A DNA stretch of 63,553 bases, counting the filler, from Octopus bimaculoides (taxonomy: Eukaryota): NCBI RefSeq assembly GCF_001194135.2. It is 5 parts of 4 records of this genome, joined end to end, with 100 filler letters (N's around TTAATTAATTAA, not from the genome) between each part and the next. Parts side by side here need not be neighbours in the genome. Positions count along the whole stretch, not along the records: positions 36,524 to 47,575 come from NC_068983.1; positions 47,676 to 61,016 come from NC_068991.1; 3 more parts are not named here. The stretch is one strand, 5' to 3'. The position numbers were made by a program, and so were the translations under genes. Below are positions 37,553-51,331 of the stretch, piece by piece (position 1 is the first letter of the stretch; each line of letters begins with the position of its first letter). The notes under the pieces were generated by a model. It was not told the origin of the DNA. It searched no databases and saw only the letters and a list, made by a program, of their open reading frames with translations.

Positions 37553-37775
37553 CACTGGGGGATGCTTAAAAGTTTTTGGATTTGGGTTAAAGAAAATACA
37601 GGAGGATCAGATACGATTATATTCAAAATATATCCCGCTCTGATTCAAACACTCATTGCAGCGGTCCTTCACTTTTTCTAAGTCCTGTAAAAGAAATCGA
37701 AGTGTTGTTTCTCCAGCCAGGCCTTTCGTAACACCTTTAAAATGAGGAACGTTTCAACATCCCCTCCTTTATGCC
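37553..37775. mobile_element. mariner-like MITE, copy 2 (degenerate)
   Basis: Colinear with 16754-16969 along its length. Confidence 0.7.
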
Positions 37776-40049
37776 CCAGCTTGGCTGCAAATCTCGAGGT
37801 GCAACGAGTAAATATGAACATATAGACAGGCACACACCTACACACATATACAAATATTTATATATATGTGTGTTGGTATATATGAATGTATATATGTATA
37901 TATTAATGAGTCTGTGTTCCGTATATTAGATTTTCCTTAAACCATTTCTAATTTCCTATTTTTCCTTGACTATTAAACGAATAATTATTGCTTCTATGTG
38001 ATCGTCTATGTTGTTCTTTGTATAATTTGATTTGTTTCCGAAAATAAACGTGCTCTTGTCTCTGCAAAGTATTAAATGACTCCAAAGTATCTTAGATGTT
38101 TATTCGGCAAACTACATTTAAAATAAGGTCGCTGTCATATCTATAGTAATTTGTTATTTAGTTTTAATCAGCATTTTTACATGAGTAAATTTAATCCAAT
38201 ATGTTACAGACAGGCATCTAGCTATCTTCCCTCGTAACTTAATGAGAAGATATAAAAATGTTCATGAAAAACTACGTTATCAAAATAACATCAAAATGTA
38301 AGTTTCTAGAATTTGAGCGAGTTCATAAAACTTGGACTATAGTTTAAGGAAAGGATAGGAAGTTGATGTCAATGAAAAATCTACTAAAGAATTCTCGTAT
38401 GTAAGAAATATTTTATTTACCGTTTAAAGTAATAATTTGTCATTATATCAAGTTAATGTCCTTACTATTAGCTTATGAATCATGATTGTCATATTTACAT
38501 ATTGTCTGCAGATTGTAGTTGATACTTGCTGTTCTTCTTAACAGCTGTATCCAATAATAATATTGCATTTCGTATAGGAATGAAATTTATTTATGCTAAT
38601 CAATTAGATTAAAACGACAAATAAGTGACCTACTTTCATTTTCTTAACACGTCGTAAACTTATGTGGAAGTCATTCGGTATCTTTGTAACTACGTTCCTG
38701 TCCAGTTTTTGCCGTTTAAAGATTTTTTCAACAACATATATATGAAATTATAATGTCCAATAAAAGTAGGTTTAGGCTTAGGAGTATTAAATTCATATAT
38801 TTTACGTGGAGTTATTAAATTATTAGTAGATTTATTATGGCCCGATTCATAAATTAAGATTTAGTTATTTATCACCTATAGAACTACTATATATAGGTAG
38901 GAGATGATAATTTCTAACAGCCATAAAGAATTCTAGTTACAAAAAGGGGAAGACATATTGGTAGTTAATTCCCATAATTCAGAGAGATATTGGGAAATAT
39001 CTGCAAATAAAAATTCATGAAATTATTGTAAGTGAGAAAAGATCGTAACTACAAAAGTATGCGTTAAAAAAAAAAAGATACGTCGAATAGAATTTTCAAC
39101 TAATCTAATAAAGGAAATAACTTGCGAAATAAACCAAATGGCCTGAAATAAAGTGCAAGTCTGAAAAATGTCAGGACTAACATGTGTATCAATATTTTTT
39201 TCCTTACGAATCCACAGAAATAGAGCAAATGAAAATACTTTATCAATTTGTTATACCATGTACCCTCCGACAAGCCCCTCACCGATTATTTCCACTATAA
39301 TAACAACTATATCAATATTGCTTCAGTAATAGTTCTGATGAGTCCAAGAAGAAATAAGGATAATATGGAATTGATGAATTTCTACAAATCATTCACCAGT
39401 TACATTATTTCTAGTAAAGAGTAATTTATCTGTGTCCAATGACTAAACCGGTAACCTAGAAAGGTCGCTGCTTTGAACTATATCGACGCAAACGGGGATA
39501 CAAACTTGTCCAAGATTACATATTTCCTTATTTGCTTCAAACCTGTATATCTAAAAATTGGTTGCAAACAAGAAATACAAAGTAAACTGTAAAATGAAAT
39601 GCAATGTTTACGATATGTGATGCAAGGGAAGGGCAACGTAGGAAACTCTCGACAACCTAGGAATAAAAGTGAAGTAAAATTCCAAAAATAAACAGCCAGC
39701 ATTTAAACTTTATCCATTACATTTCAAGATGGCATTTCGTTAATCGTGTAAATCGAATATTAAAAATAAACTTTTATATACATACACACATACATGCATA
39801 TATGAGTATAAAACTTCATACATGTGCGTGTGAATCTATGCAAATATATGATTAAAAAATATGATACAACGTCCTTCCCGAGCTACAATGCTAGTAATGT
39901 CGGTTTCCCAGATACTTTGTCGTATATATTCCCCGCTGTGCGGCGTTAGCTGAGCGGAGTGGGGAAATGCGATATGAAATGGTTTGCTTAAGAACAAAAC
40001 CTTTCAATCATGAGTCCAAGAACTTAAACACTAAGTCTCTATAAGTATA

Positions 40050-40330
40050 ATAGCTGGGTCCCGTGCCGTCAAAAATTACGGTTAATTGTACAAAACCAAA
40101 ATTTTGGTTTAATAATTCTTTTATTACTAATTTTTTTTTGTGAAACATCTATCCGCAATTAACATACTTTGACTGAGTGTTTCCTTCAAAAGAATTTTCA
40201 AGTTTTCCTTCCTTCTTGTTCGACTTAAGGCTACATAAAGCTGGTCGTGGTTAAATACGGGAGCTTGCAAGTAAATACCAAATACACAGAGTTGTAACAC
40301 TGTTTGATTTTTCTTTTCAGCGTTGAATGT
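40050..40330 (-). mobile_element. Helitron 3' fragment: PIF1-like helicase C-terminus and 3' terminus
   Basis: GIYLQAPVFNHDQLYVALSRTRRKENLKILL (compare VFSHGQLYVALSR); downstream GCACGGG...CTAT as a degenerate hairpin plus CTAG. Confidence 0.8.
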
Positions 40331-40789
40331 TCCCCATCCCACTTCCATTGCACACACAGACACAAACATTCTCATACCTCCCTATTACATACACGGTTTG
40401 AATAGCGAGATAATCTATTGGCTAAAAATGAAACCACGATTTGACAGAGAACTTTAAATCCATTGCTTGCCTAAAAATATATGTACATTTACCGAAGCAG
40501 TCTCAAGCAATTCGTACTAGATCATTGTGAGTCCAACGCTATATTGACAGGTGAACAGACAGGTGTAGAGAAGGGAGTGTGGAGATGTTTCTAACAAATT
40601 TTCATAAACAGGTCAGTGTTGTCCGAATTAAGAAATCACGGTAGAAAATGTGTGACAATATAGCTTGATTATTGCAAAAATTCGTGTCTCTCCACTTGGA
40701 AAAAGTATCAACTAATCATTGACATTGAGCGACGTGTTAAGAACTGAGCAACAATCTACCCTGCTTACAACTGAGAGTGGAATGACCTT

Positions 40790-42340
40790 CACCGATGATA
40801 TAAATTGTCAAATTAAATCCAATATGAATTCTTTTGCAGTAGTCTAATTGAAAAAATGCTAGGCTGTAGAAGTACTTCAGATAAGAATGTAACACATAAT
40901 ATCTTTGTAAATTACCTGAGGATTTGCAGTAGAATAAGATTTTCATTTGATATAGAAACAGAATTTGGTCACATGAGTTGTTCGTATTTTATTGTTGATC
41001 GTGGAAAATCCTTCCCCCAAACACTCTATATATTCTGCTCTGCACAGATAATGCTACACATAATTAAGCATTGATGTAAATATATCTTGCGAATGTGCTG
41101 TTGTGAATAAAAATACTGTGATACGAGAATATTACACCAGATTAAAAAAAAAAATGCGGCAGTCTGAAATCTCTTACAGCAATATAATATGACATAATCC
41201 ATTTGCAGGTACCATCGGTGGTACCAGTATTTGGAATACTTAGCTTGTCTGTAGTAGAAATGCATTCTATTGATGTTAAAACTTGCAAGATCCTGGCATT
41301 AACAAGTAACTTCCATAGAAACAGTGATATCTTCAGGCACTGAGTAGGAAAAGATAAAGGAGTAAAAGTCTTCGAATCTATGAGACAGCATCTGAATGTT
41401 GTTTATTCTCTTCCGGACAGCATCTATTGAAACACAGAAGCAAATATATACATGTCAACAGTGAGCACGTGAGGAAGTTATCTCCCCTCGTGCCCTTCTT
41501 ATACGTTCTCCCGAAAATGCATTAACATTTCCCAAAGACGACTTGGATGTGAAATATGCAGCATTTTACGACTGATGATTTTATATTGATAGAAATATCG
41601 AAGTGAACTGCAGCCACTCTTGAACATCATGTCATAATTCCAAGACTGTAAGTTTGAAATCTTAGAGCAGAAGATTTCTTCAAAATAGCTAATAAACAAA
41701 AGTGATTCTAAAGCACTTCGAGCTCCAACATACAATCCAAAATATTGGCCATGCTTCATTTCTATGAAACGCATAATCATCTAAAGAGAAGCTGTTCCAA
41801 AATGTCATCTAAGTATTACATCCCAGTGCAACATGAGATTGTCTTTAAAACAATCTAGAAAGCAATCCGGAAAAGGTTGTACTGGAATAAATATAGAGAA
41901 TCCCATTATTATCAAACTCATAAGTAAATACCAACACAAGGTATATTGGCGCAACATTCTCATGAAAACCTCAACCAAGAGAATGTATAAAAGAGGCGTG
42001 GCTATAATCAATAGGTTCAAAGAAGAAAGCACATCTACCGTCATAGAGCTCAGCTACATCACTTCCAAACTTAAAGAAAAAGGGAGCGATATACATGGAA
42101 TTGAAAATGTGCACATCGATTATTCAACATAAAGAGAAAGGGAATAGCTACAGGAATCTATTGCAGAATTTGCACCACCTACACACAGATTACAAATTCA
42201 TATCTATTTCAATAATACTTCGTTCATTTGCTTCCTTGAAAATGTTATTGCCTTCAAAGATAGACATCAACGAGATTAACGCACGCCCATCTGCACAACT
42301 TTACCCATGTTTAACGTGTAACATCGATTGTTTTTATTTA
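40790..42340 (+). mobile_element. Second decayed copy of the same R4/Dong-like LINE family
   Basis: VTHNIFVNYL (RT), VVEMHSIDVKTCKILALTSNFHRNSD (nearly matches the copy at 32600-32760), CSKMSSKYYIPVQH (zinc-knuckle region), RLE-like C-terminus. Confidence 0.75.
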
Positions 42341-42514
42341 AATTCCAAAGATGAAGCATTGTATCTCTGTTTCAAACCAACTTCTTCATTGCAGGAAGTT
42401 CTTCAAATAATGATATATGTATCGGTGTGGGTCAATATACGATAAACACACGATGCAATTTATATCATTTAGTTCCTACGTACGTTTCTTATTGTGCATA
42501 CTATGCAGTGTATG

Positions 42515-42650
42515 CACTTAAACAAAAAGGTTCAAGCAAAAGCTCAAAGAATACGCAGATTTGAGAAAAGAATCAAATTCCACAAGCAATATAAGATGTT
42601 CAAATCCAACGCCAAATCATTTTACAGAGAAATAGGGGAAAAAAAATAAC
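42515..42650 (+). mobile_element. Short LINE fragment, pre-RT region of an R4-like ORF
   Basis: VQAKAQRIRRFEKRIKFHKQYKMFKSNAKSFYREIG. Confidence 0.6.
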
Positions 42651-42729
42651 CTTTGAAAATCCACTTCAAGTTTCCACCATTTTAATCAAAATTTGTTAGT
42701 TACTATATTAACAACACTATCTCTCTCTC

Positions 42730-42781
<52 letters not shown>

Positions 42782-43817
42782 GCAAATTTTATTCTTCCTC
42801 TTCTAACTATACCATGTGAGAGGGGTTATCTCCCTTTTGATGCCTCCCCTTCTTCACCTCCTCTAATAGATGTTGTTATGCATATTCATACAGACATAAG
42901 CTTCCCTTTTATAATATAAAATGATGAGATTGAGCAGTAATAAATTTTCAATACAAAAATTATTTTGGACAGGACATATAGAAAGTTTGATTTCAATTCG
43001 GAAAATAAAACAGTGTACGACTTTTGAAACAAATCGATTAATATGAAATTGCAATAAAACAAAAAAGAAAGAGGATAACTTCCACCGACTGTACTGAGAT
43101 TAATTCAGCTATTCTTGTGTATATTTTATTCTTTATATTTTACTAAAGAGTCATATATTCAATAATGGGTACACATTTTAGTTTGATTTTAAACAGATTT
43201 ACTTTTCAAACATTATTAATATAAAAGATCTCGAACGCAAATATGAGTGTAATAACAGTAGAAAATAGTAAGATTTGAAAAAATTTCGAAAGTCAGCAGT
43301 TTAAAATTATATGTAATTACTTTCGTGACACACTTCACGTATGAATTTAACCGAAAATATACAAAATAACTTTTTTGTTGAATAATCGATATTCAAAATT
43401 TCAATTCCATGTACACCTATAAAATCTAATTTTTAATGTACTTTGCTGAAACTATTATTCATATATTACCATTTCAATAAGGAAGATACTTATCAGAAGT
43501 CAAGCATTGGTCAGCTAATCTGGGATAGTCGTAAAATATTGTTACATTCTTCCACCTCTCTACATCTAGTCAATTTCAGAGTCTTCTATGCCAGTCTTCC
43601 TCTACAGGGATCTCAAAATGTTTTGAACATCAAATTTAGATAATTTTCTTTTTTACTCCCTCCATTTCTTTTCGTTTCCCGTCCCAGTCTATTCTTTCTG
43701 TATCAGAGAACATGCTCGAAATTTAAATGACTTCTACTTCTTCCTAAGTGTAAAATACCTTTCTGTCTGTATGCGTTATTTAACTCACCTTGTGCCTCTC
43801 TTACTTTTGTGCCATAT

Positions 43818-43860
<43 letters not shown>

Positions 43861-44479
43861 NNNNNNNNNNNNNNNNNNNNNNNNNNNNNNNNNNNNNNNN
43901 NNNNNNNNNNNNNNNNNNNNNNNNNNNNNNNNNNNNNNNNNNNNNNNNNNNNNNNNNNNNNNNNNNNAGCAATTTTTTTCACTACTTGAGGGAGTGACAT
44001 CCCTTCCTGACACGAGTCCCGGTCTAAGCTGACTGCGGCTAAAAGTAACCGGTATGGGTCCCTATCCAGGGTTACGGAAAGTAGACAACATTCAAAGAAA
44101 TCCGGAGCGGAGCCCCGTAAGCGGTCAAGTGTTCGACTCTCTACTCTTCCGGCAGCTCCTGCAACCAAGGTGGTGCCAAATGTAATGCTCTGCACTCCTT
44201 TGGACTACGTCAGCAAGGTCGAGAGAGGAATCCTGAAGATTGGGCTACTCAGGATTTTCTTACATCTAGCCCAGGCCTGCGCAAAACTGGAGAGGAAACT
44301 GGAGAGGACATGAAATGTAAAAACCAGACTGGATTAGTTTATGTGCAGCTCCATTGTCTCCCGAGACAAATGGATGCCAACAACAATACTTTCAAATTGA
44401 TACACAGTCACTGATGTTGTAAACAGGGAAACAATTAGGTTTAAATATCTGAGCGAGAAGTATGTAGTAACAGTACTAG

Positions 44480-44850
44480 AGAGTAAAATGTATTTGCCAA
44501 CGTAAATTGGCAGTCCTGATTAGGATGATTCTACTACCTTATTTAGCCCCAAGCAAACGTCTTCTCCAGCTGCCTACCGACGCACAACTGCATCCTTATC
44601 GAACAATGCCTAGTGCTGCCATCTCTAGTCAACGGTTATCCTGTGCCGATGAAGAGAAATAACCCCGAAACCATGGGTCTCAGGTACCGTTTAAGGCTGA
44701 ACGGGAACTTTAGCTCCCTTGTTCGAGGTATAAGGACGCAGGTTTGCATAAGTAGCCAGCTGGAAAAGATGTTTTCCTGGGGCTAAAAATGGTATTAACA
44801 TCGTCCTAATCAAGACTGTTAATTCACGTTGGCAAATAGATTTTACTATG
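44480..44850. mobile_element. Element with ~130-bp terminal inverted repeats enclosing a degenerate hammerhead motif (44631-44691, plus strand)
   Basis: Arms are homologous to each other and to the 5664-5932 palindrome; the loop contains CCTG-TG-CCGATGA-A-GAG...CCC-GAAAC-CATGG-GTC-TCAGG. Confidence 0.65.
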
Positions 44851-45421
44851 TATGCATATCTTTAAGACAATGTTTTATTTAAACCGTATTATAACAGATG
44901 CTCACTTAAAATGAAGAAACAAGTAAAAAGTATTCTAACAGATATAAATGTGAGATTATTGGACAGAGAAAGTTATATAATCTAGCTCGCAATTATGGTA
45001 AAATAAGTATCGAAATTTTGCTAGATCCTTAATATCGCTATGATGCACATGTAGGAGAACAAACAATTTTCAAATTTCCGCACATGGCCGGCAATTTTGA
45101 GGGAAGGGTTTAAGTCGATTACATCGACCCCAGTGTTTATATGGTACTTATTTCACCGATCCCGAAGGAATTAAAAGCATTGTCCATTTCGGCGGAATTT
45201 GAACTCTGAACGTTAAGACACAGTAAAAGTTGCTAAGCATTTTGCTAACGATTCTGTCAGATAGCAGCATTAATGTAGAATAATATATTGCCACTCTTCA
45301 ATGTTTGAAGGAATATGGATATTCGTAAAATAGGTAAGAGCTACATGGACATAAAATTGTTAAATATAACAAATGATCTAGTACATAGAAAATATATGCA
45401 ATTCCAACATATATACATATA

Positions 45422-45968
45422 CAGTAATCCCTCACCATATCGCAATTCAGCTATCACGCACTCGCGGTTCACCTATCGCGATCTCGGTATATGGCGGTTC
45501 ACTTATCGTTTACTCAGTACATCGGGGATTTTTCTGGCTAATATATGTAAATTCATATCACGGACTCCTCAGTAAATTCCCGGGATTTGCGGCCAATAGA
45601 TATTTAATTTTTTTTAGATTTCGATTATTTTTTTGGCGGAATAATCATTTTCACGCCTAAAGATTAATAAATTAATAAATAAAAATAGAGTGGATTAATG
45701 CACTGTATAGCACATTCATTAGAGTATGTTACAAGAAAATACGTAGCGTAATGTAGATGAGTGAACAAAGAATGGCACATACTGTATAGAAAACGAAACT
45801 TGGGAGGCGAGTGTGTGGTATTGTTTTGCATTTACTATAAACTAAATATATACAAATTATAAAAATGATAAAATATATATAGAGTACAGTACAATACCTA
45901 CCTCACGGATTTTCACCTATCGCAGGAGGTTTTTGAATGCAGCAACCTCGATAGTCGAGAGATTACTG
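45422..45968. mobile_element. Tigger/pogo-type MITE, copy 1
   Basis: TA then CAGTAATCCCTC ... GAGAGATTACTG; internal CGCGGTTCACCTAT repeats. Confidence 0.75.
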
Positions 45969-46359
45969 TGTATGTATGTATGTATGTATATATATATATA
46001 TATATATATNNNNNNNNNNNNNNNNNNNNNNNNNNNNNNNNNNNNNNNNNNNNNNNNNNNNNNNNNNNNNNNNNNNNNNNNNNNNNNNNNNNNNNNNNNN
46101 NNNNNNNNNNNNNNNNNNNNNNNNNNNNNNNNNNNNNNNNNNNNNNNNNNNNNNNNNNNNNNNNNNNNNNNNNNNNNNNNNNNNNNNNNNNNNNNNNNNN
46201 NNNNNNNNNNNNNNNNNNNNNNNNNNNNNNNNNNNNNNNNNNNNNNNNNNNNNNNNNNNNNNNNNNNNNNNNNNNNNNNNNNNNNNNNNNNNNNNNNNNN
46301 NNNNNNNNNNNNNNNNNNNNNNNNNNNNNNNNNNNNNNNNNNNNNNNNNNNNNNNNNNN

Positions 46360-46392
<33 letters not shown>

Positions 46393-47490
46393 ATATATAC
46401 TTAACAGGTTTAGACATAGTTTCCCTCTAAAAATTCACTGATGAGGCAATTAACATTGAAAGCATATGAAACTTACTACCCCATTGTTTTAAAGCGCGTA
46501 TAGAAACTTGATTTTGTTTGGCATAAGTATTAATCTGAAATCATTACAGATATAACAAGCATCTTACGTTAATCTTTAAATGAAACAGACATTGCACGTT
46601 AAGGTAGTATAATGTAAGTGTAGCAATAAATTCATGCCTCTGTCAATGCAAGAAAGTAGATCAGCTTAAATTTTCACAAAGAGTTCCACAGTAGGCCGCC
46701 ATTAATTTTAAATGTCAAATTCACCACATCAAATATCCGTATGATTTCTCTCAGGAAACGGATATCACTTCTGAATTAGAGATACGTCTAAATCTGATGC
46801 TATTCATGTATTAAGTCTGCATTGTTCTTCTGGATTGGTTCTTTCACTCGTATGACTCGGTGTATAGCTATTACTTGCCCTCACATCATTCTTTCTCACT
46901 CTCACACACAATCCAGCTTTCTCCCTCTCCCTCTCTCTAACATTTAGTATCTTTCTCCTTCTCTCTCTTTGTATATATATATATATATGTGTGTGTGTGT
47001 GCGTGTCTGTCTGTGTTTGTGTGTGTTTGTGTGTCTGTTTGCACGCGCGCTTATGTATGTGTGGGTGCGTGTTTATAGTTGCGTGTGAACTTGATACATT
47101 ATGCCTGAACATTAGAAGTGAACTTTAGATGATTAATACAAAATACCAAAGTATATTATATTTAAACTCAAACTAAATTTCACGTAAAATTCTCAAGCGG
47201 AATAAACAATAGATGAAACCGTCATCATCACAATATTCTTCGTAACAATATCCTTAGTTTCAAAGAATGTAAAGCTACGACTGAATAGGTACCTTTGTAT
47301 TGAATATTTATAACATTCAAATTTTGCTTAAAATTATGAGACGATAAAGAATAACTAGAAATGATACCAAATGCAATTATAGATGAATGCACACACACAC
47401 TGCCACACAGACATACACACATGCATTCACGCACACATATAGATACATTTTTCCATCTAACATTCTATGTATCACTTTCTTTCTGTGTGC

Positions 47491-47521
<31 letters not shown>

Positions 47522-47530
47522 CATATATAT

Positions 47531-47575
<45 letters not shown>

Positions 47576-47675
47576 NNNNNNNNNNNNNNNNNNNNNNNNN
47601 NNNNNNNNNNNNNNNNNNNTTAATTAATTAANNNNNNNNNNNNNNNNNNNNNNNNNNNNNNNNNNNNNNNNNNNN
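47576..47675. other. Artificial 100-bp assembly spacer
   Basis: 44 N + TTAATTAATTAA + 44 N. Confidence 0.95.
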
Positions 47676-47753
<78 letters not shown>

Positions 47754-48866
47754 CATTATTATTTAGTATACTGACCAAAATGCTTGGTGACATTTTGTCT
47801 ATCCTAAAGTTCTGGGTTCAAATGCCACTCGGGATAATTTCTCCCATTCATTCTTCGGGGGTCAATAAAATAAAGTACCATTTACATACTGAAGTCGATA
47901 TAATGAATTCATTTGCCTTCCCCCCCCCCCCACACCAACTTCTTTGACCCTGCACCTAACGTAACAATTATTGTAGTTAATTGTTGCCCGCTTTTCAATC
48001 TTCCGGTTTGATAACATACCAGTCAAATCCTGAGGTCGATTTTAACCGACAAGCTTCTTTCCGTCTCCTCTTCATTTTAACGAAGCAACGGAATGGCTCT
48101 GCTGGTTATAATCGCAGGAAGGGTTCTCTCGGCATCCTTGGTAGCTGTTTGGAACCGAGAACATGACGGTCTCTTTGACACTTCCTGAACCGAACCTGAC
48201 GGTACTCTAAGAATTGTAGCTTCCGTGAACTACTGTCGTTTCTTTTGGTTTCCAACTCTTCTGAACAGAAAGCTCTTAAATGACCGTTGTTACTACACAC
48301 GTAACAGCTAGGTTTTCTGTTCTGGATGGTCTGTCATAACCATAAAAAATTTTTTTTTACTTGATAAGACTTCGAGGGTTGTTTTGTGAAGTTATACAGC
48401 CATGAAACTTGCGTGTCTATAGAGGATATATGATGGACATAGTTCATTATATCGATCCCCTAATATCTGAATGGCACTTAATCAATAATACCAATTATTA
48501 CCGATATTAGTTATACGACTCAGTCGTGAGAACTAAAAAAAAAGAAAAAGAAACAGCATGAAACAAAGAAGAAGCTATAAATGTTTGACAAAAAAATAAT
48601 AAAGATTCATCATAAAAATATAAACAAAATGAAGTAATTACTGCATGCAGCAATATTAATAATTCTAACATTTTCTTTCTCATATACAAATTTCAAAGAT
48701 CTGTACACATACACATACCGATAAATACATACTCACAAACACACACTCAAAACTCATATAAACACACACGCACACACACACGTACGTAAACACGCGCATA
48801 GACACTCGCACACGAATGCACATACACAGTCTTATAAACAAAAATATGCATGCAAACATTTACATA

Positions 48867-49545
48867 CAGTAATTCCTCGCCATATCGCGGTTCACCTCTC
48901 GCGGTTCACCTTTCGCGGTACACCTTTCGCGGTTCACCTATCGCTGTTTATTACTTAAGCTTACGTCGATTCCTCTGTGATATTGTTTTGCATTTACAAT
49001 TAAAAAAATATATACAAATTATATAAAAAAAAAATACAGTACAGTACTGTTTCTATTTCGCGGATTTTCACCTATCGTAGGCGCAGGAGTTGCTGTGTGG
49101 TAAGTAGCTTGCCTACCAACCATATGGTTCTGGTTTCAGGCCCACTGCGTGGCACCTTGGGCAAGTGTCTTCTACTATAGCCTCGGGCCAACCAAAGTCT
49201 TGTGAGTGGATTTTGGTAGACGGAAACTGAAAGAAGCCCGTCGTATATATATGTATATATATATGTATGTGTGTGTATATGTTCGTGTGTCTGTGTTTGT
49301 CCCCCCTACAAGATCGCTTGACAACCGATGCTAGTGTGCTTACGTCCCCGTAACTTAGCGGTTCGGCAAAATAGACCAATAAAATAAGTACTAGGCTTAC
49401 AAAGAATAAGTCCTGGGGTCGATTTGATCGACTAAAGGCGGTGCTCCAGCATGGCCCCAGTCAAATGACTGAAACGAGTAAAAGAGTAAAAGGGTTTCGT
49501 GAGGGGTTTTGGAACGTAGCACTTGCGATAGTCGAAGGATTGCTG
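48867..49545. mobile_element. Tigger/pogo-type MITE, copy 2, interrupted by a SINE
   Basis: TA-CAGTAATTCCTCG ... CGAAGGATTGCTG-TA; colinear with 45422-45968 on both sides of the insert. Confidence 0.8.
49081..49492 (+). mobile_element. Full-length SINE family A nested in the MITE
   Basis: Reverse-complement match to 12595-12979. Confidence 0.9.
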
Positions 49546-51292
49546 TATATAATTACACATACATGCTACGCGCAAACACACACACACACACACACGCGCG
49601 CACGTGAACAGAAACCCACAGGTGTGCACAAACAAGCGCATAATCGCTTACGCACACACACACAAACACAAGTATTCACAAACGCATTTGCGTATGCTGT
49701 GTTAACTACACGCACATCATATTACGCACAGAAAAACACACACATACAAACACATGCACAAGCGTTCATGCAAACATTTGCAGATGCAGTTATACACACA
49801 CACACACACACACTCTCCATCCACACAAACGTACGCAATCACGCGCAAAATCAAACACACACACAGTGTCCCTCTGTCTCCCTCTCTGTCTCTCTGTCTC
49901 CCTCTCTGTCTCTCTGTCTCCCTCTCTGTCTCTCTGTCTCCCTCTCTGTCTCTCTGTGTCCCTCTCTATCTCTCTGTCTCCCTCTCTGTCTCCCTCTCTG
50001 TCTCCCTCTCTCCCTCTCTGTCTCCCTCTCTGTCTCCCTCTCTGTCTCCNNNNNNNNNNNNNNNNNNNNNNNNNNNNNNNNNNNNNNNNNNNNNNNNNNN
50101 NNNNNNNNNNNNNNNNNNNNNNNNNNNNNNNNNNNNNNNNNNNNNNNNNNNNNNNNNNNNNNNNNNNNNNNNNNNNNNNNNNNNNNNNNNNNNNNNNNNN
50201 NNNNNNNNNNNNNNNNNNNNNNNNNNNNNNNNNNNNNNNNNNNNNNNNNNNNNNNNNNNNNNNNNNNNNNNNNNNNNNNNNNNNNNNNNNNNNNNNNNNN
50301 NNNNNNNNNNNNNNNNNNNNNNNNNNNNNNNNNNNNNNNNNNNNNNNNNNNNNNNNNNNNNNNNNNNNNNNNNNNNNNNNNNNNNNNNNNNNNNNNNNNN
50401 NNNNNNNNNNNNNNNNNNNNNNNNNNNNNNNNNNNNNNNNNNNNNNNNNNNNNNNNNNNNNNNNNNNNNNNNNNNNNNNNNNNNNNNNNNNNNNNNNNNN
50501 NNNNNNNNNNNNNNNNNNNNNNNNNNNNNNNNNNNNNNNNNNNNNNNNNNNNNNNNNNNNNNNNNNNNNNNNNNNNNNNNNNNNNNNNNNNNNNNNNNNN
50601 NNNNNNNNNNNNNNNNNNNNNNNNNNNNNNNNNNNNNNNNNNNNNNNNNNNNNNNNNNNNNNNNNNNNNNNNNNNNNNNNNNNNNNNNNNNNNNNNNNNN
50701 NNNNNNNNNNNNNNNNNNNNNNNNNNNNNNNNNNNNNNNNNNNNNNNNNNNNNNNNNNNNNNNNNNNNNNNNNNNNNNNNNNNNNNNNNNNNNNNNNNNN
50801 NNNNNNNNNNNNNNNNNNNNNNNNNNNNNNNNNNNNNNNNNNNNNNNNNNNNNNNNNNNNNNNNNNNNNNNNNNNNNNNNNNNNNNNNNNNNNNNNNNNN
50901 NNNNNNNNNNNNNNNNNNNNNNNNNNNNNNNNNNNNNNNNNNNNNNNNNNNNNNNNNNNNNNNNNNNNNNNNNNNNNNNNNNNNNNNNNNNNNNNNNNNN
51001 NNNNNNNNNNNNNNNNNNNNNNNNNNNNNNNNNNNNNNNNNAACACACACATACACTCACCAACAAACACACACATACACTCTCTCCTCCTCTTTCATTT
51101 CCTCCTCCTCTTTCATTCCCTCCTCCTCTTTCATTCCCTCCTCCTCCTCCTCCTCCTCCTCTCTCTCTGTCATTCTCCCCCCTTCTCTCTCCCTCCCTTA
51201 CAAACACAAATATTCACGCAAACATTTGCAGATGTAGTTATAAACACGTACATACATATCACACACACATGAACACGCACATATACACACAC

Positions 51293-51331
<39 letters not shown>

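Noticed and set aside
38100-39300. Possible very old Penelope- or CR1-like coding remnants
   Set aside because: Only faint motif resemblances with many stops; the strand and family could not be fixed.
39331-39375. CTGATGAGTCC...GGATAATATGG, resembling a CpG-decayed hammerhead
   Set aside because: Needs at least three substitutions, and no helix I or III is identifiable.
46434-46470. TTCA-CTGATGAGGCAAT-TAAC-ATTG-AAAGCATA-TGAA, a hammerhead-like relic
   Set aside because: Needs a deletion in helix II and a change in helix III; it could be chance.
47981-48330. GC-balanced segment with ~60-aa ORFs on both strands
   Set aside because: No recognisable peptide and no consistent splice pair; probably an unclassified repeat fragment.
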